Notes: a model not told the origin generated them from the letters alone. A stretch of 41,948 bases of DNA from Clostridia bacterium (GCA_017547445.1 JAFYPR010000119.1:1-41948), one strand, 5' to 3'. Positions 26,491 to 35,000 are shown, numbered from the stretch's first letter. Numbers and translations are program-made.

Positions 26491-27516
26491 CTACAGTAAT
26501 TTCATAATATCCGAATACATAACAAATATACCAAGTCCCAGTATAAGCACAAGTCCTATAAGGTTTATATATCCCAAAACCTCCTGCCTGAGCTTTTTAC
26601 GGGTTACAAGCTCAATAAAGGCAAATATAATGCTTCCGCCGTCAAGTGCAGGGAATGGCAGAAGATTAAACACACCTAAATTCACACTTATCATTGCAAA
26701 AAGCATCAGTATCTGCATTATAACAGCCAGAAGACCGTATGCACTTGCCACCTGTGCAGTATCGTCCACCACCTGTACTATACCCACAGGTCCCGACATA
26801 TCGCTTACCTTTGCCTCACCCGTAAAGAGCATCTTAACAGATACAAGCACCGCCTTTACAACGTATCGGGTATCATAATATGCAAATTCAAAGGTTTCAA
26901 AAAAGCTCAGCTTTTTTATGCTTGGCTTAAAGCCTATAAGAAGCCTTCCGTCCTCCATGGCAGGTGAAAGAGTAACCTTTTCCTTAACTCCGTCACGAAG
27001 GTACGTAACCTCAATTACCTCAGGGCTTCCCATCATAAACAAGCTTACGTCACTCTGTGTGGCAACGGGGGTATTATTAAGCCTTATGATTTCATCCCCC
27101 GCCGTAAGACCCGCCTCTTCTGCGGCAGAATTTTCAACGATTTCACTTATAACGGGCACCTGTACATTGGGGTACACATTATTTATAATCACAAAGCATA
27201 CAAAGCCCAGGAGTATATTCATCGCCGCGCCTGCCACAAGAATGCATATACGCTTTATGGGCGAAATATTTGAAAACGCCCTCGGATTATCGCTTTCCTC
27301 ATCCTCACCTTCGAGCTTTACATAACCGCCCAAGGGCAAAAGACGTAAGGAATACTGAGTCTCGCCCTTGCCCCACTTAAAAATAAGAGGCCCCATACCG
27401 ATAGAAAATTCATGTATGGTAACACCGAATTTTTTTGCCATCGCAAAATGCCCCAGCTCGTGAAGCATAACCATTATTCCGAAAGCAATGATTGTAACAA
27501 TTATGGAAACGCCCAT
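26491..27516 (-). CDS. rseP: RIP (site-2) zinc metalloprotease RseP/RasP
   Basis: HELGH, a PDZ segment, and the NLLPFPALDGG motif. Confidence 0.92.
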   Translation of the reverse strand: MGVSIIVTIIAFGIMVMLHELGHFAMAKKFGVTIHEFSIGMGPLIFKWGKGETQYSLRLLPLGGYVKLEGEDEESDNPRAFSNISPIKRICILVAGAAMNILLGFVCFVIINNVYPNVQVPVISEIVENSAAEEAGLTAGDEIIRLNNTPVATQSDVSLFMMGSPEVIEVTYLRDGVKEKVTLSPAMEDGRLLIGFKPSIKKLSFFETFEFAYYDTRYVVKAVLVSVKMLFTGEAKVSDMSGPVGIVQVVDDTAQVASAYGLLAVIMQILMLFAMISVNLGVFNLLPFPALDGGSIIFAFIELVTRKKLRQEVLGYINLIGLVLILGLGIFVMYSDIMKLL

Positions 27517-27534
27517 AAAAACCTCCGAAAAAAA

Positions 27535-28674
27535 TTACTTGCCTGCCGCCTCGCGCACCATAGCACGTGCAAAGGAGTCGGCTTTTTCAATATTTTCTAT
27601 TGATGTATCTTTTACTACACTATGTTTATCCATTGCGTAGGAAATATACTCCGTAATATCACCGAAACGGCATTCACCCTTCAAAAACATTGCAACGGCC
27701 TCTTCGTTTGCTCCGTTGAACACCGCAGGCATAGTGCCGCCAATACGTGCCGCACTCTTTGCCATGTTAACAGCGGGGAAAGCCTCATTGTCGATTTCCG
27801 AGAATGTAAGAGTGCCGATCTTAGCTAAATCCAGCCTTTCAGAAACCCGTATGCTTCTTTCGGGATAGTGAAGAGCATAGCTTATGGGCAATTTCATATC
27901 AGGCACACCAAACTGCCCGATAACCGAGCCGTCACAGAATTCAACCAATGAATGTACAATGCTCTGACGGTGCACAACAGGGATAATATTATCAACCCCC
28001 ACACCGAAAAGATGCATGGCTTCAATAATCTCAAGACCCTTGTTAACAAGAGTTGAGCTGTCAATTGTAATCTTTGCGCCCATTGCCCAGTTGGGGTGCT
28101 TCAATGCATCAGAGGCAGTAACATCAACTAATTCCTCCCGTTTTTTCCCAAAGAAGGGACCGCCCGATGCAGTTATTATTATTTTATCCACAAATTTGCC
28201 CTGGTCTGCAATGGACTGGAAAATTGCACTGTGCTCGCTGTCAACAGGCACAATACGTACATTCTTTTTTCTTGCATAATCCATTACATATTCACCGGCA
28301 GTAACAAGTGTTTCCTTGTTTGAAAGGGCAATATCACAGCCCGCTTCAATTGCCGCAAGGGTTGGGCGAAGTCCTGCAATACCAACGATTGCAGTAACTG
28401 CCATTTCTCCCTTTCGGGCACACTCTGAGACACCTTCCTCACCCGAAAGGACAACAGTATCAGTGTCTGCTACCCTTGTTTTTAAATCCCTTGCAGAGTC
28501 TTCATCATACATAGCCGCAAACTGGGGCTTATATCTTCTTATCTGTGCCTCTAATAAATCCGTATTTTTATATGCCGTCAAGGCGGCAACCTTTAAAGAC
28601 GGGTCCTTGTCACAAACGTCTAAGCTCTGTGTACCTATAGACCCTGTAGACCCTAATATAGAAATACTTTTCAT
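27535..28674 (-). CDS. dxr: 1-deoxy-D-xylulose 5-phosphate reductoisomerase
   Basis: ILGSTGSIGTQ NADPH motif. Start at ATG 28674, with GAGGAA 7 nt upstream. The ORF-track ATG 28689 lacks an SD. Confidence 0.93.
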   Translation of the reverse strand: MKSISILGSTGSIGTQSLDVCDKDPSLKVAALTAYKNTDLLEAQIRRYKPQFAAMYDEDSARDLKTRVADTDTVVLSGEEGVSECARKGEMAVTAIVGIAGLRPTLAAIEAGCDIALSNKETLVTAGEYVMDYARKKNVRIVPVDSEHSAIFQSIADQGKFVDKIIITASGGPFFGKKREELVDVTASDALKHPNWAMGAKITIDSSTLVNKGLEIIEAMHLFGVGVDNIIPVVHRQSIVHSLVEFCDGSVIGQFGVPDMKLPISYALHYPERSIRVSERLDLAKIGTLTFSEIDNEAFPAVNMAKSAARIGGTMPAVFNGANEEAVAMFLKGECRFGDITEYISYAMDKHSVVKDTSIENIEKADSFARAMVREAAGK

Positions 28675-28702
28675 CTTAAAATTCCTCATTTTGCATTTTT
28701 AT

Positions 28703-29527
28703 TTATCCTATAATCTCAAATACCTGACTTATAAAATAAACAAAGGGTGTCGTAAGAAGCACACTGTCAAAGCGGTCTAAAATACCGCCGTGTCCGGGGA
28801 AAAGCGTGCCGTAATCCTTAACATTGAATTCTCTCTTTATGGCGCTTGTGGCAATGTCTGAAACAGGGCCCAAAGCCGCACAGCCTAAGCCGACTGCTAT
28901 AAGAGCAGCCTCGTTACAGGGCACCTTAAGTATAAAATTGAGAACTCCCGCATAAATCAGCATACCCACAGTACTTCCCAAAAATCCTCCGAAAAAGCCC
29001 TCCCATGATTTTTTGGGGCTTAAAACAGGCGCCATCTTATGCTTACCGAAATGAATACCTATAAAATATGCTCCGCTGTCCGCACACCATGTACCGACAA
29101 AAAGTGCAATAATTATAAGTATTCCGTTTTCTGCCTCCCTTAAAGGGATAAGGTACGAGAAAAGCACCGCCACAAAGATTGACACAAAGAACGCAACAGA
29201 TACATCTGCAAGCTTCACATTTTTATGGTCGAAAACCATAAGGCAAAACATAAAGGCAATATATAACGATAAGCATAAAAGGCATATATCGTATGTAATA
29301 ACCTTATCATTAAGATGCATACATCCCAAAAGCGCACAGAATGCAATGCCGAAACAGCCCGAAATTGCAAGAGGGAGCTTTTTGGCAATACCTGTTACCG
29401 TATAAATTTCATATGTGGCAATACCTGTTACTATAACAGTTGCAAGCTGAAATACAATAGGTGGTGCAAGGAGCAATACAAAAAACAGCGCCGCACCTAC
29501 ACCTGAAGTAATAAGTCTTGTTTTCAT
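28703..29527 (-). CDS. cdsA: phosphatidate cytidylyltransferase
   Basis: C-terminal signature SAIKREFNVKDYGTLFPGHGGILDRFDS. Start moved to ATG 29527, with AAGGAGAG upstream. The longer ORF overlaps uppS by ~235 nt. Confidence 0.9.
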   Translation of the reverse strand: MKTRLITSGVGAALFFVLLLAPPIVFQLATVIVTGIATYEIYTVTGIAKKLPLAISGCFGIAFCALLGCMHLNDKVITYDICLLCLSLYIAFMFCLMVFDHKNVKLADVSVAFFVSIFVAVLFSYLIPLREAENGILIIIALFVGTWCADSGAYFIGIHFGKHKMAPVLSPKKSWEGFFGGFLGSTVGMLIYAGVLNFILKVPCNEAALIAVGLGCAALGPVSDIATSAIKREFNVKDYGTLFPGHGGILDRFDSVLLTTPFVYFISQVFEIIG

Positions 29528-29546
29528 GTTTCTCTCCTTCGCGCAA

Positions 29547-30299
29547 TCAGACACCGCCAAAGCGTCTTGTGCGCTGTTGATAATCATAAATAGCCTGGAG
29601 TAAATCCTCATTTGAGAAATCGGGCCACAGTATATTGGAAAACCACAATTCACTGTACGCACCCTGCCAGAGGAAAAAGTTAGACAATCTGTACTCACCC
29701 GAAGGACGTATAATAAGGTCAGGGTCAGGCTGGGAAGCAGTATATGTTCTGGAGGAAATATCTTCTTCACAGATATCCTCAACCTCCATTTCCCCCGTCT
29801 TTACCTTTTGGGCAATTTCCTTTACCGCTTTTATAACCTCGTCGCGTCCGCCATAGTTTAAGGCAACATTAAGCAAAAGACCACTGTTATTTTCAGTGGC
29901 CTTTTCCATGTAGAGCTGTTTTGCACGGAAGGTTTCCGAAAAGGCACTTCTGTCACCGATGAAATGTATCTGAACATCTCTGCCTGCCAGTCTCTGAAGA
30001 CCGTGGTCAAGATAGTCCTCCAAAATCGCCATAAGCGCATCTACCTCTTCCTTGGGTCTTCTCCAGTTTTCCGTTGAAAATGCATACACGGTAACAACCT
30101 TAACGCCTATGTTACCTGCATACTCAACAATTCGCTCAAATGTTTTTGCCCCAACAGCGTGACCGGAGGTACGGGGCAGACCGCGGCGTTTAGCCCATCT
30201 GCCGTTTCCGTCCATAATAATTCCGATATGCTTGGGTAAGTTATCAAAGTCCACTTTTTGCTCTAAGGCCTTTTTACGGAAAAAGTCCTTTATTTTCAT
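29547..30299 (-). CDS. uppS: isoprenyl transferase (undecaprenyl diphosphate synthase)
   Basis: IIMDGNGRWA and RPSGEYRLSNFFLWQ motifs. Confidence 0.95.
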   Translation of the reverse strand: MKIKDFFRKKALEQKVDFDNLPKHIGIIMDGNGRWAKRRGLPRTSGHAVGAKTFERIVEYAGNIGVKVVTVYAFSTENWRRPKEEVDALMAILEDYLDHGLQRLAGRDVQIHFIGDRSAFSETFRAKQLYMEKATENNSGLLLNVALNYGGRDEVIKAVKEIAQKVKTGEMEVEDICEEDISSRTYTASQPDPDLIIRPSGEYRLSNFFLWQGAYSELWFSNILWPDFSNEDLLQAIYDYQQRTRRFGGV

Positions 30300-30838
30300 A
30301 TAGACATAATTTCCTTCTGCTTCTTTTCTGTGATAGCGTCGATTTCCTTGATCTTCATATCGGTAAGATCCTGGATATCCTTTTCAGCAGCCTTTAAATC
30401 GTCTTCTGTAATTTCGTTCTTCTTCTTTAATGCCTTGTATTCGTCCATAGCATCACGACGAACATTTCTTACGCTTACCTTTGCTTCTTCGCCCTTCTTG
30501 GAAACAGTCTTTGTTAATTCCTTACGTCTTTCCTCTGTAAGCTGGGGGAAACTGAGGCGGATAACCTTGCCGTCGTTCTGGGGGTTAATACCCAATTCGC
30601 TGGCTAAAATTGCCTTTTCAATAGCCTTTAAGAGGCTTGCATCCCAGGGCTGAATCATAAGTGTTCTGGGGTCAGGAGTAGAAATAGTACCAACCTGTGC
30701 AACAGGTGTCATTGTTCCGTAGTAGTCAACTGCTACCTTGTCAAGCACTGCAGCATTTGCTCTACCTACTCTGATTGTGTTTAAATCGTCCTTGTAATAA
30801 CCAATGGCTTTATCCATTCTTGCTGTAATCTCTTTCAT
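30296..30838 (-). CDS. frr: ribosome recycling factor
   Basis: 180 aa with ...LNTIRVGRANAAVLD... It occupies the conserved position after pyrH. Confidence 0.95.
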   Translation of the reverse strand: MKEITARMDKAIGYYKDDLNTIRVGRANAAVLDKVAVDYYGTMTPVAQVGTISTPDPRTLMIQPWDASLLKAIEKAILASELGINPQNDGKVIRLSFPQLTEERRKELTKTVSKKGEEAKVSVRNVRRDAMDEYKALKKKNEITEDDLKAAEKDIQDLTDMKIKEIDAITEKKQKEIMSI

Positions 30839-30870
30839 GATTATATTCCTTTCTTTTCTCTTATCAATTT

Positions 30871-31094
30871 ACTTTGATTAGGTAACTGCAACATTTTTAT
30901 AAGGTACGGGGACAGGGTAGCGAAGCGGCGACGAGGTAGTGAATGACAATCCGGTGGATTGTCAGAGCCGAGTCGAGACCGAACCGCGGTGAGATATGCT
31001 TTTTGAAGTCGGGCGACGACTTCAAAAAGAACATCTGCGGATGTTTTTTCACCCGCTGTCCCGCGTTGTGGGTTGCAGTAAAAGTTGTGGTTAC
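30871..31094 (+). repeat. structured repeat family C, copy 1 (fills the pyrH-frr spacer)
   Basis: Alignable end to end with 33639-33854. The 107-nt core 30907-31013 differs from 33675-33781 at 2 positions. Confidence 0.85.
30907..31049 (+). ncRNA. candidate ~140-nt structured small RNA (family C, copy 1)
   Basis: TTGATT (30874-79), 18 nt, TATAAG (30898-903) lies upstream. Hairpins are at 30945-30963, 30999-31029 and 31031-31044, followed by T6. The last stem is fully compensated in copy 2. Confidence 0.4.
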
Positions 31095-31097
31095 TTT

Positions 31098-31805
31098 TTA
31101 CTCAGTAACCAATGTACCAATCGCTTCGCCCATAACTGCACGGTAAATGTTTTCGGGGTCGTCTAAGCCAAACACCTGAATAGGCATCTTGTTGTCACGG
31201 CAAAGAGCAGTAGCCGTAGAGTCCATAACCTTTAAGTCTCTTGCCAGCACCTCTGAGAATGTAAGAGTATCAAACTTCTTTGCATCAGGGTTAACATGGG
31301 GGTCAGAATCATAAACACCGTCAACCTTCTTTGCAAGTAAGATTACATCCGCATTAATCTCAGCAGCTCTTAATGCCGCCGCAGTATCAGTTGAGAAGAA
31401 GGGGTTACCTGTACCGCAACCGAAAATCACCACTCTGCCACGGTTCAAGTGACTGTTTGCCTTACCGCGGATATAAGGCTCTGCAATAGCTCTCATTTCA
31501 ATGGCTGTCTGCACTCTTGTTGCAACATCAATAGCCTCCAAAGCAGAGCAAAGAGCAAGAGAATTAATAACAGTTGCAAGCATACCCATGTGGTCAGCAC
31601 GGCTTCTGTCCATATTTTCACCGCTTCTGCCTCTCCAGAAGTTACCGCCGCCTACAACAACGGCAATTTCCACGCCTGTTTCGGCGCACCTTTTAATTTG
31701 TTCACAAATTGCATCAATAGTAGGCTGGTCAAGACCGAAGCCCTTGTCGCCTGCCAATGCTTCACCGGATACCTTCAAAAGAACTCTTTTGTACTTAGGT
31801 TGCAT
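31098..31805 (-). CDS. pyrH: UMP kinase
   Basis: [13 protein letters not shown]-terminus, 235 aa. Confidence 0.95.
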   Translation of the reverse strand: MQPKYKRVLLKVSGEALAGDKGFGLDQPTIDAICEQIKRCAETGVEIAVVVGGGNFWRGRSGENMDRSRADHMGMLATVINSLALCSALEAIDVATRVQTAIEMRAIAEPYIRGKANSHLNRGRVVIFGCGTGNPFFSTDTAAALRAAEINADVILLAKKVDGVYDSDPHVNPDAKKFDTLTFSEVLARDLKVMDSTATALCRDNKMPIQVFGLDDPENIYRAVMGEAIGTLVTE

Positions 31806-31898
31806 TTCTATCTCTCCTTTAAATAAATTCGCATAATTATATATAGTAATTGTATCAAATAAATCTCATTTTGAAAAGGGTTTTTTATAAATTTATGC

Positions 31899-32084
31899 AA
31901 AAAAAAGAGAGGAAAGTCAAATTCAATGTCATTAAGTTAGCATTTCGCATTTTCAGCCATTTCGGGACTGTCCCAACAAAACCTCGCAAGGCTTCTTTGG
32001 TTTGTCGTCTCCCGACGAACCAAAGGGGGACTGTCCCAAATGGCTTTTTCTTAACTTAATGACATTGAAATCAAATTCCTCTCT
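31899..32084 (-). terminator. very long compound hairpin plus T8 downstream of hydG, with repeat family A copy 2 at its apex
   Basis: Perfect 18-bp inverted repeat TTCAATGTCATTAAGTTA (31922-31939 / 32052-32069). The outer pairing is AGAGAGGAA/TTCCTCTCT (31906-31914 / 32076-32084). An A8 run (31899-31906) gives T8 after the 3' arm on the - strand. Confidence 0.6.
31964..32037. repeat. structured repeat family A, copy 2
   Basis: GGGACTGTCCC at 31964-31974 and 32027-32037. The central hairpin is AACCT-CGCA-AGG(C)TT (31980-31994), with the shared TCGTCTCCCGA segment. Confidence 0.8.
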
Positions 32085-32090
32085 CTTTTG

Positions 32091-33515
32091 TTAAAATCTG
32101 AAGTCTCTCGTTCCCTTTTCGATATCGGAAAGATTCTGCTTTGCTCTTTCCTTTACCTTTTCGTTAGTGATGCGTTCAATCTCACGGGAGATTATTTCTT
32201 CGCCCTTTTTCTTAGTATCCTCGCTTGCATAATCCATCAGGTATTCCTTGAGTGTCATCAGCGCATTGGGGTGACAGCAGTTGATAATCTGCCCCGATTT
32301 TAAAAGGCTCATAAATCTGTCGCCCGTTCTGCCCTCACGGTAGCAGGCTGTACAGAAACTGGGCACATGACCCATATCAATCAGCCAGTTAACCACCTCA
32401 TCAAGACTTCTTCTGTCGGAGAGGTCAAACTGACTTGTGCTCTCGTCGATATATTCAGGCTCGGTATATCCGCCAACGGAGGTACGGCTTCCGCCCGATA
32501 TCTGGCTTATACCCAATTGAAGAACCCTCTCTCTTACCTCCTTGCTTTCACGGGTAGAAATAATCATTCCTGTATAAGGCACCGCAATACGGATAATTGC
32601 AACAATCTTTTCAAAAATTTCGTTACTGATTGCATTTGTAAAATCGTTAACGTCAATATCGTCTGCAGGGCATATTCTGGGCACGCTTATTGTATGCGGT
32701 CCAACACCCTTTGCCGCCTCCAAGTGCTCTGCGTGCATGAGCAATCCCACTAAATCATAGCGGTACAGATTAAGACCGAATAATACACCCAGGCCCACAT
32801 CGTCAATGCCACCGTCCATGGCTCTGTCCATAGCCTCGGTGTGGTACGCATAATTACTCTTTGGCCCTGTGGGATGAAGCGCTTCATAATTCTCTTTATT
32901 ATATGTTTCCTGGAAAAGAATATACGTACCTATACCCGCATCCTTCAGCTTTTTGTAGTTTTCAACACTTGTTGCCGCAATATTTACATTAACACGGCGG
33001 ATAGCACCGTTTTTATGCTTTATGGAGTAAATGGTCTTAATGCTCTCCAGGATATATTCCAAAGGATTATTTACGGGGTCTTCACCTGCCTCTAAAGCAA
33101 GGCGCTTATGACCCATGTCCTGAAGTGCCATAACCTCAGCACGTATCTCCTCCTGAGTAAGCTTCTTACGGGGAATAGTCTTATTCTGTCTGTGATAAGG
33201 GCAGTATACACAACCGTTAACGCAGTAGTTTGAAAGATACAAGGGTGCGAACATAACTATACGGTTACCGTAGAATTTATCCTTTATTTCCTTTGCTAAT
33301 GAATAAATTCTTTCGTTTGCCTCCCGGATTTCACATTCCAGTAAAACTGCCGCTTCACGGTGGGTAATACCCTTCATTTCCTCAGCTTTCTTTATAATAG
33401 AGTCAATAAGCTCCTTATTATCCTTATTTTTCTGTGCATATTCCAGTGTTTCGAGGATTTCTTCATGATTGATAAATTCCTCTGCTTTTGAGCTTTTTAC
33501 GTCGTATTTTGCCAT
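32091..33515 (-). CDS. hydG: [FeFe]-hydrogenase maturase HydG (radical SAM tyrosine lyase)
   Basis: Radical SAM CVNGCVYC (Cx3Cx2C), C-terminal auxiliary cluster motif CTAC-x21-CC, ~474 aa. Start at ATG 33515, with AGAGGTG upstream. Confidence 0.88.
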   Translation of the reverse strand: MAKYDVKSSKAEEFINHEEILETLEYAQKNKDNKELIDSIIKKAEEMKGITHREAAVLLECEIREANERIYSLAKEIKDKFYGNRIVMFAPLYLSNYCVNGCVYCPYHRQNKTIPRKKLTQEEIRAEVMALQDMGHKRLALEAGEDPVNNPLEYILESIKTIYSIKHKNGAIRRVNVNIAATSVENYKKLKDAGIGTYILFQETYNKENYEALHPTGPKSNYAYHTEAMDRAMDGGIDDVGLGVLFGLNLYRYDLVGLLMHAEHLEAAKGVGPHTISVPRICPADDIDVNDFTNAISNEIFEKIVAIIRIAVPYTGMIISTRESKEVRERVLQLGISQISGGSRTSVGGYTEPEYIDESTSQFDLSDRRSLDEVVNWLIDMGHVPSFCTACYREGRTGDRFMSLLKSGQIINCCHPNALMTLKEYLMDYASEDTKKKGEEIISREIERITNEKVKERAKQNLSDIEKGTRDFRF

Positions 33516-33535
33516 TCCAATCACCTCTTCCTTAC

Positions 33536-33564
33536 ATTATATCACCCTGCCGCCTTTTCGTCAA
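33536..33564 (-). promoter_or_regulatory. sigma-70-type promoter for hydG
   Basis: The - strand reads TTGACG (33559-33564), 17 nt, TATAAT (33536-33541). Confidence 0.6.
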
Positions 33565-33638
33565 ACCCATTATTTACATAAAAGATATTACAAATTTATG
33601 ACGAAATAAAAAAGCGAGGGCGAAAACACTTCCGCTCC

Positions 33639-33854
33639 ACTTTGATTAGGTAATTGCAACATTTTTATAATGTGCGGGGACAGGGTAGCGAAGCGGCGAC
33701 GAGGTAGTGAATGACAATCCGGTGGATTGTCAGAGCCGAGTCGTGACCGAACCGCAGTGAGATATGCTTTTTGAAGTCGGGATACAACTTCAAAAAGGAC
33801 CTTTGCGAAGGTCTTTTCACCCACTGTCCCACGTTGTGGGCTTTAGTGAAGTTT
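33639..33854 (+). repeat. structured repeat family C, copy 2
   Basis: See copy 1. The right end is more degenerate than in copy 1. Confidence 0.85.
33675..33817 (+). ncRNA. candidate ~140-nt structured small RNA or leader (family C, copy 2)
   Basis: TTGATT (33642-47), 18 nt, TATAAT (33666-71). Hairpins are at 33713-33731 and 33767-33797, plus GACCTT-TGCG-AAGGTC (33798-33813) followed by TTTT. Confidence 0.4.
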
Positions 33855-33882
33855 TCGCTAAATTTAAAAAAGGAGACTTATT

Positions 33883-34941
33883 ATGAAAATCAAGAATCTA
33901 ATGGCAATTTCACTTGCCGCATTAACTTTATCCACGCCTGTGCAGGCGGCAAATCACACCGTAGTAAAGGGAGATACCTACTGGACAATTTCCAGACAAT
34001 ATGGTGTAGACTTCAAAACCCTGTTACAGGCAAACGGCGCAAATGAATCCTCATGGCTTGAGATTGGCGATATAGTCTATGTGCCCACCGAAAAGGTGCA
34101 TGTTGTATCAAAGGGCGATACCTACTGGCTTATTGCAAAGTGGTACGGGGTTGACTTTAAAACACTTCTAAAAGCCAACAATGCCACAGAAAGCTCATGG
34201 CTCGAAATCGGTGACAGGGTTATTATCCCCCAAGGCAGCTCCTCGTCAGGCTCAACAGGTTCATCAGGCTCAGCTTCCACAAAACCGTATGTGACTTATA
34301 CTACATATACAGTTAAATCAGGCGACACCTACTGGAACATTGCCAACAACTTCGGCATACCCATGGAGGAGCTTTTAAACACCAACGGGCTTACCGAAAA
34401 TTCCTCTATCTATGCAGGCAAAACCCTTAAAATTCCTGTTCATCACGTGCCCGTTACCTCTACCCCCGGCAGTCAGTATGGCGAATATCTCGACTGGTGG
34501 GAAGCTGCACAGTATGTCATCCCCGTAGGTGCAACATTCACCGTGCAGGACTTTTACACAGGTCAATCCTTTAAGGCAAAGCGTACCACAGGCTCGGGTC
34601 ATGCAGACTGCGAACCCTTAACCGCATCAGATACCTCTAAAATGAATACAATATTCGGCGGACAGAACTGGACAAGCCGTCCCGTTATAATTATCTACAA
34701 TGGCAGAAAAATTGCCGCCTCCGCCACAAGTAAGCTCCACGCAGGCAACGACGGAGCCGCAGGCGGTGTATGGACTTCTTGGCGAAGCGATGATTACGGC
34801 GCAGGCTATAACTTTGACTGGGTTAAGGGTAATAATGCTCACGGCGTATTCGACATTCACTTCTTAAACTCCATCCGCCACAATGACGGCAAGGTACACC
34901 AGACTCACCAAAAGAATGTCCGCACTTCCGCAGGCAAATAA
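33883..34941 (+). CDS. secreted protein with three LysM repeats and a C-terminal domain of unknown family
   Basis: Signal peptide MKIKNLMAISLAALTLSTPVQA and three ~44-aa LysM units (..KGDTYWTISRQYGVDFKTLLQANG..). I do not recognise the ~170-aa C-terminal domain. Confidence 0.85.
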   Translation: MKIKNLMAISLAALTLSTPVQAANHTVVKGDTYWTISRQYGVDFKTLLQANGANESSWLEIGDIVYVPTEKVHVVSKGDTYWLIAKWYGVDFKTLLKANNATESSWLEIGDRVIIPQGSSSSGSTGSSGSASTKPYVTYTTYTVKSGDTYWNIANNFGIPMEELLNTNGLTENSSIYAGKTLKIPVHHVPVTSTPGSQYGEYLDWWEAAQYVIPVGATFTVQDFYTGQSFKAKRTTGSGHADCEPLTASDTSKMNTIFGGQNWTSRPVIIIYNGRKIAASATSKLHAGNDGAAGGVWTSWRSDDYGAGYNFDWVKGNNAHGVFDIHFLNSIRHNDGKVHQTHQKNVRTSAGK

Positions 34942-34943
34942 TA

Positions 34944-34969
34944 AAAAGGCGGTCACCGACCGCCTTTTT
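34944..34969 (+). terminator. rho-independent terminator of the LysM gene
   Basis: AAAAGGCGGTC-acc-GACCGCCTTTT followed by T. Confidence 0.85.
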
Positions 34970-34973
34970 ACCT

Positions 34974-35000
34974 TAATTCCTAATTCCTAATTCCTAATTA
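34974..35000. repeat. tandem heptamer (TAATTCC) x3 plus a partial unit
   Basis: Read directly: taattcc taattcc taattcc taatta. It overlaps the M16 peptidase stop codon. Confidence 0.85.

Noticed and set aside
29528-29782. Long N-terminal extension of cdsA.
   Set aside because: It would overlap uppS by ~235 nt. ATG 29527 has AAGGAGAG upstream and starts at the first TM helix.
30840-30867. TTGATA-16-TATAAT on the - strand just upstream of frr.
   Set aside because: The -10 hexamer ends 1 nt before the frr ATG, so initiation would fall inside the ORF. The match is produced by the AT-rich SD region (AAAGGAA).
30943-31146. ORFs inside repeat family C (30943-31146 on +, and 33588-33824 on - in copy 2).
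   Set aside because: They lie on different strands and frames in the two copies, have no SD, and run into neighbouring genes. The conservation pattern fits nucleic-acid structure.
33738-33760. GUCGUGACCGAAC in family C copy 2 resembles part of the ZTP (pfl) riboswitch core.
   Set aside because: Copy 1 has GUCGAGACC at the same place. The rest of the pfl consensus, including the pseudoknot partner, is absent, and the gene context (LysM, pyrH/frr) is wrong.
34974-35000. The heptamer arrays (also 40917-40951) as possible CRISPR or minisatellite loci.
   Set aside because: The units are contiguous 7-mers with no spacers, and no cas genes are present. I report them only as simple tandem repeats.
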